64,000 nucleotides of DNA, from positions 32,001 to 96,000 of IMG/VR virus record IMGVR_UViG_3300042937_000216. One strand, written 5' to 3'. The translations under genes were made by a program, and so were the position numbers. Positions within the stretch are counted from its first letter, which is position 1. Each line of letters opens with the position of its first letter. The notes beneath the pieces are model-generated. The model did no database searches and was not told the DNA's origin. It saw nothing but the letters and a program-made list of their open reading frames with translations. The DNA comes from a virus. Below are positions 17,326-26,527 of the stretch, one piece after another.

Positions 17326-17497
17326 TGGAAGAAAGCCGGTACATTATGTATTCGAGGTTAGGAGAGACCGGCAAACCGTCCATATAAAGACCAGACCTCA
17401 ATCTCGTTAAGAGACAATTCTGGTTCCGCTGACGCGAAAAGAGGATGGGCTGCGCTCACGGGGTTTGTTAGGTTCCTGACACATGAATACCTAACAC
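17326..17497 (+). ncRNA. Candidate structured RNA(s) with pseudoknot
   Basis: GCCGGT/ACCGGC stem whose loop GAGGT can pair with ACCTC; ACCAGA/TCTGGT; TGTTAGGT/ACCTAACA. Confidence 0.45.
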
Positions 17498-17503
17498 TAA
17501 CAT

Positions 17504-17591
17504 GGAAGTTACTGAGGTCGGCTCCTCACACAGTCTTGAAAACTGTAGTTACCAGGAATGGTAAATCGTTCGATGCGATTAACTTCCGCCA
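17504..17591 (+). tRNA. tRNA-Ser(TGA), probable non-canonical 8/4 fold
   Basis: GGAAGTTA/TAACTTCC 8-bp acceptor, ATCG/CGAT 4-bp T stem, long variable arm, G73-CCA. Confidence 0.8.
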
Positions 17592-17596
17592 AATAC

Positions 17597-17625
17597 TTGA
17601 CACTGTCGGCAAACGGTGTTATAAT
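17597..17625 (+). promoter_or_regulatory. Internal sigma70 promoter
   Basis: TTGACA-17-TATAAT. Confidence 0.8.
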
Positions 17626-17645
17626 AGTTGTATAGTAAGAAATTA

Positions 17646-17735
17646 GGAGAGTTGGCCGAGTGGTCGAAGGCAGCGGCTTGCTAAGCCGTCCTCCCAGTAA
17701 TGGGAGCATAGGTTCGAATCCTATACTCTCCGCCA
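17646..17735 (+). tRNA. tRNA-Ser(GCT)
   Basis: Cloverleaf, long variable arm, TT-GCT-AA, GCCA. Confidence 0.92.
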
Positions 17736-17745
17736 AGATTAAGTA

Positions 17746-17821
17746 GGGCCGATAACTCACTCGGCGAGAGTACTGTGCTCATAACGCAGAAGGCAGGGAT
17801 CATAACCCTGGCGGCCCACCA
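17746..17821 (+). tRNA. tRNA(CAT), probably Ile2 (lysidine type)
   Basis: Third CAT tRNA, GGGCC acceptor, CT-CAT-AA loop, atypical T loop ATCATAA. Confidence 0.7.
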
Positions 17822-17822
17822 A

Positions 17823-17907
17823 GCGACTGTGGAGAAACTGGTATACTCATCAGACTTAAAATCTGACGCCGCAGGGCATGGCGGTTCGACCCCGCCCAGT
17901 CGCACCA
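17823..17907 (+). tRNA. tRNA-Leu(TAA)
   Basis: Cloverleaf, variable arm, CT-TAA-AA, CCA. Confidence 0.92.
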
Positions 17908-17913
17908 GACACT

Positions 17914-17988
17914 CCGGTGTTAGTTAAATGGATATAACAGGGGATTTCTACTCCCTAGTTGGGGGTTCGATTCCCTCACGCCGGACCA
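17914..17988 (+). tRNA. tRNA-Arg(TCT)
   Basis: Cloverleaf, TT-TCT-AC, CCA. Confidence 0.88.
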
Positions 17989-18006
17989 TAACAACAAGGA
18001 AACAGT

Positions 18007-18264
18007 ATGTCAATAATACAAAATTATAATGTAGAAGAACAACTAACCGCCGCAGAAAATCGAGCAATTGAAAAACGTGAAGCAGACGAAATTATCAATA
18101 ATGCTATGAAAGAATTCTTAGCCAGCGGCGGAAAGATACAACAGATTGAGCGGGGAGTTAGCCAGCAAGCAGACGGCGCATCTTATGCAGCCTGGGGAGC
18201 AGCACGCAAAGCAGGTCGCCCAACAACAGATACGACAGCTTCAATAGCAGACCTTAACAAATAA
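18007..18264 (+). CDS. SutA-like RNA polymerase-binding protein
   Basis: AMKEFLASGGKIQQIE resembles the recalled Pseudomonas SutA core AMEEFLSRGGKVQEIE; AAGGA RBS. Confidence 0.65.
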   Translation: MSIIQNYNVEEQLTAAENRAIEKREADEIINNAMKEFLASGGKIQQIERGVSQQADGASYAAWGAARKAGRPTTDTTASIADLNK

Positions 18265-18282
18265 TATAAAAGGTAATACTAT

Positions 18283-18531
18283 ATGAAATTTACCCTAGCA
18301 GAAATTATTGAATTAGCTAAAGAAGTAGAACTTAGCGATGAAATCGATTGGGACGATTTGCCCTTAGATAAAGATCGCATCTACCAAATCATTGGTAGTC
18401 AAACCTATGAGCTATACCAAGAGTATGCTCTGTCAGAAAACGGTGAAGCTATACTCTTAGCCACCATCACAAAGTTGTTGATCGAAAACTTCGTATTGAA
18501 TTTACGTGTGCGAGGCAACAACGTCTTATAA
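18283..18531 (+). CDS. Hypothetical protein
   Basis: 82 aa, AAGGT RBS. Confidence 0.65.
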   Translation: MKFTLAEIIELAKEVELSDEIDWDDLPLDKDRIYQIIGSQTYELYQEYALSENGEAILLATITKLLIENFVLNLRVRGNNVL

Positions 18532-18541
18532 ATACTCAACA

Positions 18542-19618
18542 ATGATACTGCTTTTCAATGTTAAAATCACCAGTCAAGGTCTGAGTTATTATCACCGTAG
18601 CGAATGGCTACCTGTGTATGATCGCATGGACATCTTTAAATACTGCCTAGCCAGTTATTCAGCACTACTCCCCTTACTAAGTAAATGTTTATTTTACATT
18701 CAAGTTGAACCAGAATTTGCTCACAGACAACAAGAATTACAAGCATGGATCACAGAGTTATTTCCTGCTGACCGTTTAGAACTACATTGGCATCGCATTA
18801 ATCACACTCGTGATTGGCGCACACTGGGCGAACAGTTTGCTGATGATGACCTAATATGGTTTGCTGGTAATGATGATCATATCTTTATAGATCACAACCT
18901 AGATGTAGTGGCCGCTGGCATTCGACTATTAAATGAAGACCCCGACCCACTAAGCGTAATTTACTACAGCCATTGGCCAGAACAGATGCGCCTAAGCATA
19001 CACCATAATGGCGAACTTACACCAGATGGTAATTACATTAAGCACGTTTGGCGCACGTTTGATGCTATACGAATTTTAAAAGGTCAACGCTTTAAACAGT
19101 ATTGGCAGGATAATGAGTACGGCGACGAGATTGTATTCCGCACAGATACCCTATGGCACAAGGGCTATGAGTTAACAGGCCCTGTCTACAGCCCAACACG
19201 TGAGCTAGTTCGTCACTACGATGGCTACAGTCATGTTAGTCCACATATTATCAACCTAGCACCTCCTATTGTTATTCCTCCGGGCTTCTTTACTCGAGAC
19301 ATGCGAGTGCGTATTGGCTACGAGGATAGAGACAACAGTGCTACTAATCTTTATGCCGCGGCACAATTCCTATATGCGGCACAGCCACAGGGTACTGACT
19401 ATCGTTGGACCATCGAAGACATTCCGTTATTTTGGAAGAAATACATAGCTGATGTTGATGTTAATCTAGATCAACATATCTACAGTCTACAACAAGCACG
19501 TGATGCGGCCTACTTGGCCAGTACACGTATTCCAATGACCTGTTACAGCACAACCTTTGATCATACAGGTGCCGCACCTGACAGTTGGTTTAATAATCAT
19601 TTGAGAACACGTGGATAA
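18542..19618 (+). CDS. Hypothetical protein, possible GT-A-fold enzyme
   Basis: WFAGNDDHIFID DxD-like motif; TATAAATA at 18527. Confidence 0.5.
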   Translation: MILLFNVKITSQGLSYYHRSEWLPVYDRMDIFKYCLASYSALLPLLSKCLFYIQVEPEFAHRQQELQAWITELFPADRLELHWHRINHTRDWRTLGEQFADDDLIWFAGNDDHIFIDHNLDVVAAGIRLLNEDPDPLSVIYYSHWPEQMRLSIHHNGELTPDGNYIKHVWRTFDAIRILKGQRFKQYWQDNEYGDEIVFRTDTLWHKGYELTGPVYSPTRELVRHYDGYSHVSPHIINLAPPIVIPPGFFTRDMRVRIGYEDRDNSATNLYAAAQFLYAAQPQGTDYRWTIEDIPLFWKKYIADVDVNLDQHIYSLQQARDAAYLASTRIPMTCYSTTFDHTGAAPDSWFNNHLRTRG

Positions 19619-20354
19619 TCTAGTACAGACATTTCGAGGGTTCAGCGGCAACCAAATATATCTAATGGATGACGGTAGTAAGTTGTTTGTTAGAAAAGTT
19701 GGCACGATTGGTCGTAATGTAGAACGTATGCTAGCACTAGTTAATAACTATCCTGTACCTAAAATATACAGGTACAGCGATATTACTCTAGACATGGAAT
19801 ATATACACGGTCTAGATATTAAAACGTATCTTAAGTCGCATCAACCAAATCGTTTATTACAATTTTTATTTGGCGTCTTAGATAAACTATCAGCTAATGC
19901 TGTAGATAAAGACTACACAGAAATTTACAAGGCTAAACTACAAGAAATTGATTTTAGTCTACTGCCGTTTACTGCGCAGGAACTCTTAGATAAACTGCCC
20001 AAACATTTGCCGCAAAGCGAATACATAGGTGATCTAACATTAGAAAACATTATCTACACAGAAGATGGATTCTATTTAATTGACTGCGCTACCATTGACT
20101 ACGATAGTTACATATTTGATATTGCTAAACTACGTCAAGACTTAAACCTACAGTGGTTTACTCGCAACAGTGACGTGGTATTAGATGTTAAGACTAACTA
20201 CATCAGTCAACAGCTTAAACAACGCTATCCACAGGCATTAGTGGATAACGATTACTTGTTAATTTTAATGCTACTACGTGTTTATCGACATGCCCCTCGA
20301 GGCACGTACGAACACGTATTTTTACTTGAAGGAATTAGACGATTATGGAAATAA
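19611..20354 (+). CDS. APH/choline-kinase-like phosphotransferase
   Basis: MEYIHG, GDLTLENI, LID, DIAKLRQDL motifs. Confidence 0.75.
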   Translation: MDNLVQTFRGFSGNQIYLMDDGSKLFVRKVGTIGRNVERMLALVNNYPVPKIYRYSDITLDMEYIHGLDIKTYLKSHQPNRLLQFLFGVLDKLSANAVDKDYTEIYKAKLQEIDFSLLPFTAQELLDKLPKHLPQSEYIGDLTLENIIYTEDGFYLIDCATIDYDSYIFDIAKLRQDLNLQWFTRNSDVVLDVKTNYISQQLKQRYPQALVDNDYLLILMLLRVYRHAPRGTYEHVFLLEGIRRLWK

Positions 20355-21370
20355 TTGTACCCGCCGCAGGATTAAGCACACGCTTTCCGGGCATGCGACC
20401 AAAGTATACCTTAGCCGACTTTACAGGCAAGATGATGTTTGAACGTAGTATTGCTCCGTATTTAGGCAGGCATCATATTACTCTAGGAATCATCGCAGAG
20501 AATGAAGCAAGATACGCTATTGCTGATTACGTTACTGAACACTACCCAGATGATATTACATTAATCGTCTTACCTGAACGTACCTCAGGACCAGCCAACA
20601 CAGTATATCAAATACTCAAAGCTATGGACTTTGCTCCCAGTACAGAATTCTTAATCAAAGACTGCGACAGTTTCTTTGAGCACGAATATCAAGAGGGAAA
20701 CTATGTATGTGTGAGCAGTATCAAAGATCATGAAGTACTTAAGAAGTTGGGCAGTAAAAGTTTTATTGTCAGCAATGATCAAGGCATTATTACCAGCATC
20801 ATCGAAAAGCAGGTAGTCAGCGATAAGTTCTGTGTAGGCGGATACAAGTTTGCCAGTGTTGGTATGTACCTAGATGCCTATGAAAAACTTAATGCGGCCA
20901 ACGTAAAAGAAATATTTGTCAGTCATGTTATTGAACAGTGCTTAAATGATCGTCATATCTTTAAAGAAGCCTTGGTCACTGACTACACCGACGTAGGCAC
21001 AGCAGATGATTGGTTTGAATACAATGATCGTGCTGTGGTGTTTTGTGACATTGATGGAACTATTATTCAAGCACAGAACTATAGAAAACATAATGTGCCC
21101 ACAGTGCCTTTGGCTAACAATATTGCCAGAGTTAAACAGCTAGTAGCCAACGGTGGACAGTTGATCTTTACTACAGCACGTCCCGAAAGCCGGCGTGAAG
21201 AAGATATCGCCATGCTAACAGAATTAGGGTTCAATGACTTCCAATTAGTATCAGGATTAAAGAATACCAAACGTATTCTAATCAACGACTACAATGAAGC
21301 TAATCCTTATCCACGAGCTATTGCGGTAAATATCAAACGCGACACGGATAATTTAACAGATTATATATGA
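20345..21370 (+). CDS. NTP-transferase fused to HAD phosphatase (capsule-locus type)
   Basis: PAAGLSTRF...PK, KDCD; C-terminal CDIDGT, TTAR, LIND. Confidence 0.8.
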   Translation: MEIIVPAAGLSTRFPGMRPKYTLADFTGKMMFERSIAPYLGRHHITLGIIAENEARYAIADYVTEHYPDDITLIVLPERTSGPANTVYQILKAMDFAPSTEFLIKDCDSFFEHEYQEGNYVCVSSIKDHEVLKKLGSKSFIVSNDQGIITSIIEKQVVSDKFCVGGYKFASVGMYLDAYEKLNAANVKEIFVSHVIEQCLNDRHIFKEALVTDYTDVGTADDWFEYNDRAVVFCDIDGTIIQAQNYRKHNVPTVPLANNIARVKQLVANGGQLIFTTARPESRREEDIAMLTELGFNDFQLVSGLKNTKRILINDYNEANPYPRAIAVNIKRDTDNLTDYI

Positions 21371-22110
21371 GGCTAGTGCTTTTTAGTTATACAAAACATT
21401 ATCATATTATGCAGTTAGCGTATAGACATGCTCTAACTGCCTTTGATAATATCACTGATGTAACAGTTATATGGGATGACCTGTATGACCGTAGCTGTCC
21501 AGCAATGCCATTTAAGGCCGATGTTATTACACATTCGTCGTTGGACTTTTTATCTACAGAACAGCATGGCTGGCTACGTCAACAATATGTAAAATTAAAT
21601 TTACACAAGCTGTTCAACGAAGACAGCTGGATAGTATTAGACGCTGACGTGATACTAAAAACTAAAAAATCCTTTGACTGTAAAGAAATATATACAGACA
21701 GCGAAGATCATTATGAGCCGTATTTTAAATTTATTAAATATGCTTTTAACTTAGATAAAAATGATAGTCCTAGTTATATGACGCATTTTGCTCAAATTGA
21801 GCGCAGAGTATTAGTTAGTATAGAAGAGTTTATTTTAAATAAACACGGTAAAGATTTAATTTCAGTTTATAAAGAATATCCGGATATATCTCCGCCAGCT
21901 TGCCCTGGGTTTAGCGAGTTTGAGATATACGGATTATTTGTAGAACGGATACTACAAGAAAAAATAGCATTACCAGAATACCAAATTGAAAATTATTTGG
22001 CTGATAATTTTATTAAACATTACCACGACAACTATGATTTATTGTTGGAAGGTGATGATGCTGGTGTCCCTGTAGAATTTTGGCAAGCAGAGAAAATTAA
22101 ATTTCAATAG
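21367..22110 (+). CDS. Glycosyltransferase-like protein
   Basis: GWLRQQYVKL, VLDAD, FSEFEIYG motifs. Confidence 0.55.
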   Translation: MRLVLFSYTKHYHIMQLAYRHALTAFDNITDVTVIWDDLYDRSCPAMPFKADVITHSSLDFLSTEQHGWLRQQYVKLNLHKLFNEDSWIVLDADVILKTKKSFDCKEIYTDSEDHYEPYFKFIKYAFNLDKNDSPSYMTHFAQIERRVLVSIEEFILNKHGKDLISVYKEYPDISPPACPGFSEFEIYGLFVERILQEKIALPEYQIENYLADNFIKHYHDNYDLLLEGDDAGVPVEFWQAEKIKFQ

Positions 22111-22115
22111 ATCAA

Positions 22116-22144
22116 TTGACATAGGTAATGTAATAATGTATACT
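22116..22144 (+). promoter_or_regulatory. sigma70 promoter
   Basis: TTGACA-17-TATACT. Confidence 0.75.
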
Positions 22145-22163
22145 ATATTTTTAAGGAGATATC

Positions 22164-22367
22164 ATGGCAACTAACGCAAGCTTCAATCTTTCAAAACCAG
22201 TTAAACGTATCGCGGCAACCATTTTAGACAAAGAAGTACGTAGATTATTTCTTAATGCTATGATTGATGCCGAGTACACTAAACTAAATGGCAAAGGTCG
22301 TAAATGGTCTGACCCAGCAACAGCACAAAGAGCTCCTAGGGGCAACGCAACACCTGCTACTGAATAA
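22164..22367 (+). CDS. Small basic hypothetical protein
   Basis: Strong AAGGAG RBS, 67 aa. Confidence 0.7.
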   Translation: MATNASFNLSKPVKRIAATILDKEVRRLFLNAMIDAEYTKLNGKGRKWSDPATAQRAPRGNATPATE

Positions 22368-23062
22368 TGACCACAGACGCAATCAAACAATTTTACAGTC
22401 GCATTAACTTTCCAGGCAAGTACTCTTGGGAAGATCTCAAGTTCTACGAAGAACAAGGGATCCACAACATCTATTTAAAAGAGATAGATGCTATTATGGT
22501 TGATGGCTACGATGTATTAGATGTTGGTTGCGGCACAGGCCTAGTAAGTAATCTATTTGCCATACACTATCCTAACAGTCAACTTACCGCAGTTGACTTT
22601 AGTGATAGTATTGACTATGCTCAGGAGTTTGCTAAAACAAATGGCATAGCCAATGTTAAATGGATTAAAAAAGATTTCTTAGAGTTTCGTACTGTTAAGA
22701 AATATGATTTAATTATCTGTTGTGGAGTTCTCCATCACATCCCTGAGTACCAACAAGCACTAGCTAAACTAAAGGGTCTATTAAAACCTGGCGGTAAACT
22801 AGTTCTTGCTGTGTACAATAAGTATGGCAAGATACTTAAAAAGTTCTTTGAGATCAAATATAACTCGCACACGCTATATCACGATCAAGAAAATAATCCG
22901 TTTGAAATGAGCTTTACCAACAGACAGGTCTTAAAGATGTGTAATGATTTAAAATTTGAATCAGTAACACCTAGTTTTAAGAATAAGTTTGTAGACACCC
23001 TAGCTTGGTTTAACAGCGAGAACGGTGGACTGGCTCTTTATGTCTTTACCAATCCTACGTAA
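22367..23062 (+). CDS. Class I SAM-dependent methyltransferase
   Basis: VLDVGCGTG, YDLIICCGVLHH, LKPGG. Confidence 0.85.
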   Translation: MTTDAIKQFYSRINFPGKYSWEDLKFYEEQGIHNIYLKEIDAIMVDGYDVLDVGCGTGLVSNLFAIHYPNSQLTAVDFSDSIDYAQEFAKTNGIANVKWIKKDFLEFRTVKKYDLIICCGVLHHIPEYQQALAKLKGLLKPGGKLVLAVYNKYGKILKKFFEIKYNSHTLYHDQENNPFEMSFTNRQVLKMCNDLKFESVTPSFKNKFVDTLAWFNSENGGLALYVFTNPT

Positions 23063-24953
23063 AAAAACAATTGTAGTCTGTAACTTTCCTAGATTCAGCG
23101 GTGAAATCTGGTTACCATACCTATGGGCCAGTGCCAAGACCTACTATGAACAATACGGTGAACGTAGTGATGAATGGACATGGTATCCTTGCTATGCTGA
23201 CATCTATAGTTCAGACAACATAGATAAAATCAAACAACTATTAACTGATGCTAAACCTGATGTGTTTGCTATTAGTCTGTATGTTTGGAACTATAACCTA
23301 GCCTACGAAATAGCCGCATGGGTCAAACAGACCTTTCCTAAATGTGTGATCATCAGTGGTGGTCCTCATCAATACTTTAAACACGATAGCAATTGGTTTA
23401 AAGAACATCCGTACTTAGATGCTAGTCTGCCAGGTGAGTGCTACGGCGAGCTGTGCTTTAACGAACTGCTGGACAATTACAGCGATGGCCAAATCAATTG
23501 GGATATGGTTACAGATGTACGCTACCCAAGCAAGGGCAGAAACATTAAAATTAGTAAGCAGACTATGGCGCATCGTGATAAGAAACAGTTTCAGTATGAT
23601 TGGAGTGCTCTACACAGCCAGTACACTGAACTTACTGCGTTTATTGAATTCCAACGCCATCACTTTCCTAGATCGTTGTTGCTGTGCGTAATTGAAACTA
23701 CTCGTGGATGCCCCTACGGTTGTACCTACTGTGATTGGGGTGGCGGTACTGCTACAACTGTTATTAAGAAAAGCATTGACAACGTTAAGTTAGACATTGA
23801 TGCTGTAAGTCAATTTGATCTTACATTCTTATACTTTGCTGATGCTAACTTTGGCATCTTTGGTCAACGTGACATTGACATTATCACTTACCTAATCAAA
23901 CGTAAAAAAGAAACAGGGCAACTGTTTAAGATTGGCTATGGTGGCTTTGCTAAAACAGAAAACAAGCTAGACGTTATTAGAGATATACTGCGTATTGACT
24001 TTGACAATTCACTAAGTCTAACCAAAGAACTTAAACTAAGCCTACAGACACTCGACGATGAGATACTAGAAAACATTGATCGTCAAAACATTAGCCTAGA
24101 AAAACAACTGGCTGTGTTTCAACCACTGGCACGTGATAAACAAATGCCTGTGTATGTTGAAATGATCATGGGCCTACCTGGTATTAGTTTAGAAAAATAC
24201 TATTACGAACTAGATGTATTGGGCAGTTATAATCTAAGTGTACAGTGGTTTGAATGGATCCTACTACCAGAAACACCTGCTTATGCCTATGCCTATAGAG
24301 CCAAGTATGGTATTGAAACCATAGCTAAAAACAAAGGTTGGGCAGTAGTAGAAGAAGATTCTGATAGAGAAGTTGTTGTAGGTGGACATACGTTTACCAA
24401 AGATGACTATCTACAAATGATATTAAGTAATAGCCTGTATCATTTGTTTGTACAGGGAGGCTTTTATAGAAATACCCTAGACTTCATACAAATATCTATG
24501 CCCGCAGATCACGGCATGATCATACGCGACATCTATGAACAGTTTTTTTTAAAGTCTAGATACAAAGATAAGGTACTGGCACGTTGGCAGGAAATTATTA
24601 ATAACCCTGATGTTCCCTGTACATTTGAAGTAGCTGGTGAACAGGTCTATGGCGGTTGGTACTTTGTTGCCCTAGCGTTCTCAGACGAAACGTTTGTAAC
24701 GTATATGATAGGATACCTACAGCAAAAATATATGATCCCATCTAGTATTATCAAACAAGACCGTGACATAACCATTAACTCATTTAACTTTGGATGTGCT
24801 AAGTGGCAGGGCCTAACTAGAATAAGCTATAAGAAAGCAGGTGGATTCCAAAATAACAGCGTACATTCGATGATTGGCCTGTTTATTAATCATATAGATA
24901 CAAATACAGTGTTCCACGGTAAGAAAAAGCTCTTAGGACTAATAGGCAGATAA
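23040..24953 (+). CDS. B12-binding-domain-type radical SAM protein
   Basis: SLYVWN, SGGP, ETTRGCPYGCTYCDW, DANFG, MGLPG. Confidence 0.88.
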   Translation: MSLPILRKKTIVVCNFPRFSGEIWLPYLWASAKTYYEQYGERSDEWTWYPCYADIYSSDNIDKIKQLLTDAKPDVFAISLYVWNYNLAYEIAAWVKQTFPKCVIISGGPHQYFKHDSNWFKEHPYLDASLPGECYGELCFNELLDNYSDGQINWDMVTDVRYPSKGRNIKISKQTMAHRDKKQFQYDWSALHSQYTELTAFIEFQRHHFPRSLLLCVIETTRGCPYGCTYCDWGGGTATTVIKKSIDNVKLDIDAVSQFDLTFLYFADANFGIFGQRDIDIITYLIKRKKETGQLFKIGYGGFAKTENKLDVIRDILRIDFDNSLSLTKELKLSLQTLDDEILENIDRQNISLEKQLAVFQPLARDKQMPVYVEMIMGLPGISLEKYYYELDVLGSYNLSVQWFEWILLPETPAYAYAYRAKYGIETIAKNKGWAVVEEDSDREVVVGGHTFTKDDYLQMILSNSLYHLFVQGGFYRNTLDFIQISMPADHGMIIRDIYEQFFLKSRYKDKVLARWQEIINNPDVPCTFEVAGEQVYGGWYFVALAFSDETFVTYMIGYLQQKYMIPSSIIKQDRDITINSFNFGCAKWQGLTRISYKKAGGFQNNSVHSMIGLFINHIDTNTVFHGKKKLLGLIGR

Positions 24954-24963
24954 GTATTTTAAT

Positions 24964-25833
24964 ATGTTTACTATCACACCTAAATCATTAACAACAGCAT
25001 TGCTAGTCACATTTGTGTGGATAGTGGGCGGCTACGAACTGTACGATACCATCACACACTTTAGTGAGCAATGGTATTGGTATCCGTTGGCGTTAATCTA
25101 CACGGTGGCCTTAAATGATTGCTTTGTTCATATGTGCTGTGGACATGCTCTGTATGAAATAGATACTACCAGAATTGGTTATAAGATTACTTCTTTCTTG
25201 GCCACTGTAGAAAATGGCTGGGGACCAATAACAACCCTATGCCTAATACATAAAAATCATCATATGTATAGCGACCAAGGAAACAAAGACTGCTCTAATT
25301 GGCGTAATCATTGGTACAATATGAGTTTACTGAGTCCTATTAACTATATCTATCAAGAAAAAACAGAATATCCAGATGCAGATAACTTCTTTAAGAAACA
25401 ACGCGAAGTACATAAAAATATTTTAGATGATCTTTGGACTTTCTTTATTGAAGAATATTCAAATTGGCTGACTGTACTTTATTGGATCGTTTTATATTTT
25501 GTCTGTCCAATATTCTTATTTAAAATAGTGTTTATGGGTAGATTCTTAATGAGTTTAATATCTCCGTTTGCTAGTATCACTGGCCATGTTTGGTTGCCGA
25601 CAAACTATAGAAACTTTAATACTCCGGATACATCGTATAATAATATTATTTTTTATTACCTAACATTAGGTATATATCCAACAGCTATACAAAATAATCA
25701 TCATGGCATGAGATATAGTTTAAAAACTGGACATAAAGTTCGTTGGTTTGAATTTGATTTAAGCGTGTACATAGTTAAATTTTTAAAATATTTTACAGAG
25801 AAAAGAGGAGCAAAGATTGATAATGGATTTTAA
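24964..25833 (+). CDS. Membrane fatty-acid desaturase-like protein
   Basis: His boxes HMCCGH, HKNHH, QNNHH; transmembrane segments. Confidence 0.8.
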   Translation: MFTITPKSLTTALLVTFVWIVGGYELYDTITHFSEQWYWYPLALIYTVALNDCFVHMCCGHALYEIDTTRIGYKITSFLATVENGWGPITTLCLIHKNHHMYSDQGNKDCSNWRNHWYNMSLLSPINYIYQEKTEYPDADNFFKKQREVHKNILDDLWTFFIEEYSNWLTVLYWIVLYFVCPIFLFKIVFMGRFLMSLISPFASITGHVWLPTNYRNFNTPDTSYNNIIFYYLTLGIYPTAIQNNHHGMRYSLKTGHKVRWFEFDLSVYIVKFLKYFTEKRGAKIDNGF

Positions 25834-25854
25834 AATTGCGGATATTCAAACATA

Positions 25855-26526
25855 ATGATAGTACGCAGTATATTAGTACATCCAAATCAACAGAGCCTCA
25901 ACGGTGAATTGTTTAAAATGGCCAATGCTAGATTCGCTGAGTTGGGCTATACAGTTGAAACTTTAGATCTACATGCCAGCAAGGATGCTATTACTGAATC
26001 TTCTGAAATCTTGTATAAAACACCGAGACCAGATTCAGAGCGTAAATATAGATCAGTGTACAGTAATAATTATGGCAATGCTCGACAAGCAGGATTGCTA
26101 GGTGACTTTTCTAAAAATGAACTAGAAATGTTACAAAAAGCAGATCTGGTGTATGTTCAAACGCCTATATATGTTTGGTCAATACCTGCTATACTAAAGC
26201 TGTATATTGAAACTGTTTTTATAGATGATTATGTGTTTACTGTAACCGATGCCGGTGGAGATAAATTTCATATCGAGCCGCATTTAAAAGGTAAGCAAGT
26301 AGTGTTTAGTTTTACCACTGGTGGCCTGCCTAGTATGGCAACACAGGTATTAGGCAGCCCCGAAGCGTTAGTACAACCAGTCAAACCTATATTTGAATTT
26401 GTAGGATTTGAATGGTTACCCCACCATGTAACATGGGGAACATCAAAGTCACTCGATAAGTGTGACGAATATTTTAATCAATTTGGGGAGTATCTAAACA
26501 ATACTTTTCCGTTAACTGGAAGATAA
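25855..26526 (+). CDS. Flavodoxin-fold NAD(P)H:quinone oxidoreductase
   Basis: [24 protein letters not shown]. Confidence 0.8.
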   Translation: MIVRSILVHPNQQSLNGELFKMANARFAELGYTVETLDLHASKDAITESSEILYKTPRPDSERKYRSVYSNNYGNARQAGLLGDFSKNELEMLQKADLVYVQTPIYVWSIPAILKLYIETVFIDDYVFTVTDAGGDKFHIEPHLKGKQVVFSFTTGGLPSMATQVLGSPEALVQPVKPIFEFVGFEWLPHHVTWGTSKSLDKCDEYFNQFGEYLNNTFPLTGR

Positions 26527-26527
26527 T

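Noticed and set aside
13595-17905. Minus-strand ORFs at 13595, 15569, 15576, 17509 and 17681
   Set aside because: They are antisense readings of tRNA genes
22164-22367. RiPP precursor for the downstream radical SAM/methyltransferase
   Set aside because: Looks like an ordinary small helical phage protein; no leader/core pattern, peptidase or transporter nearby
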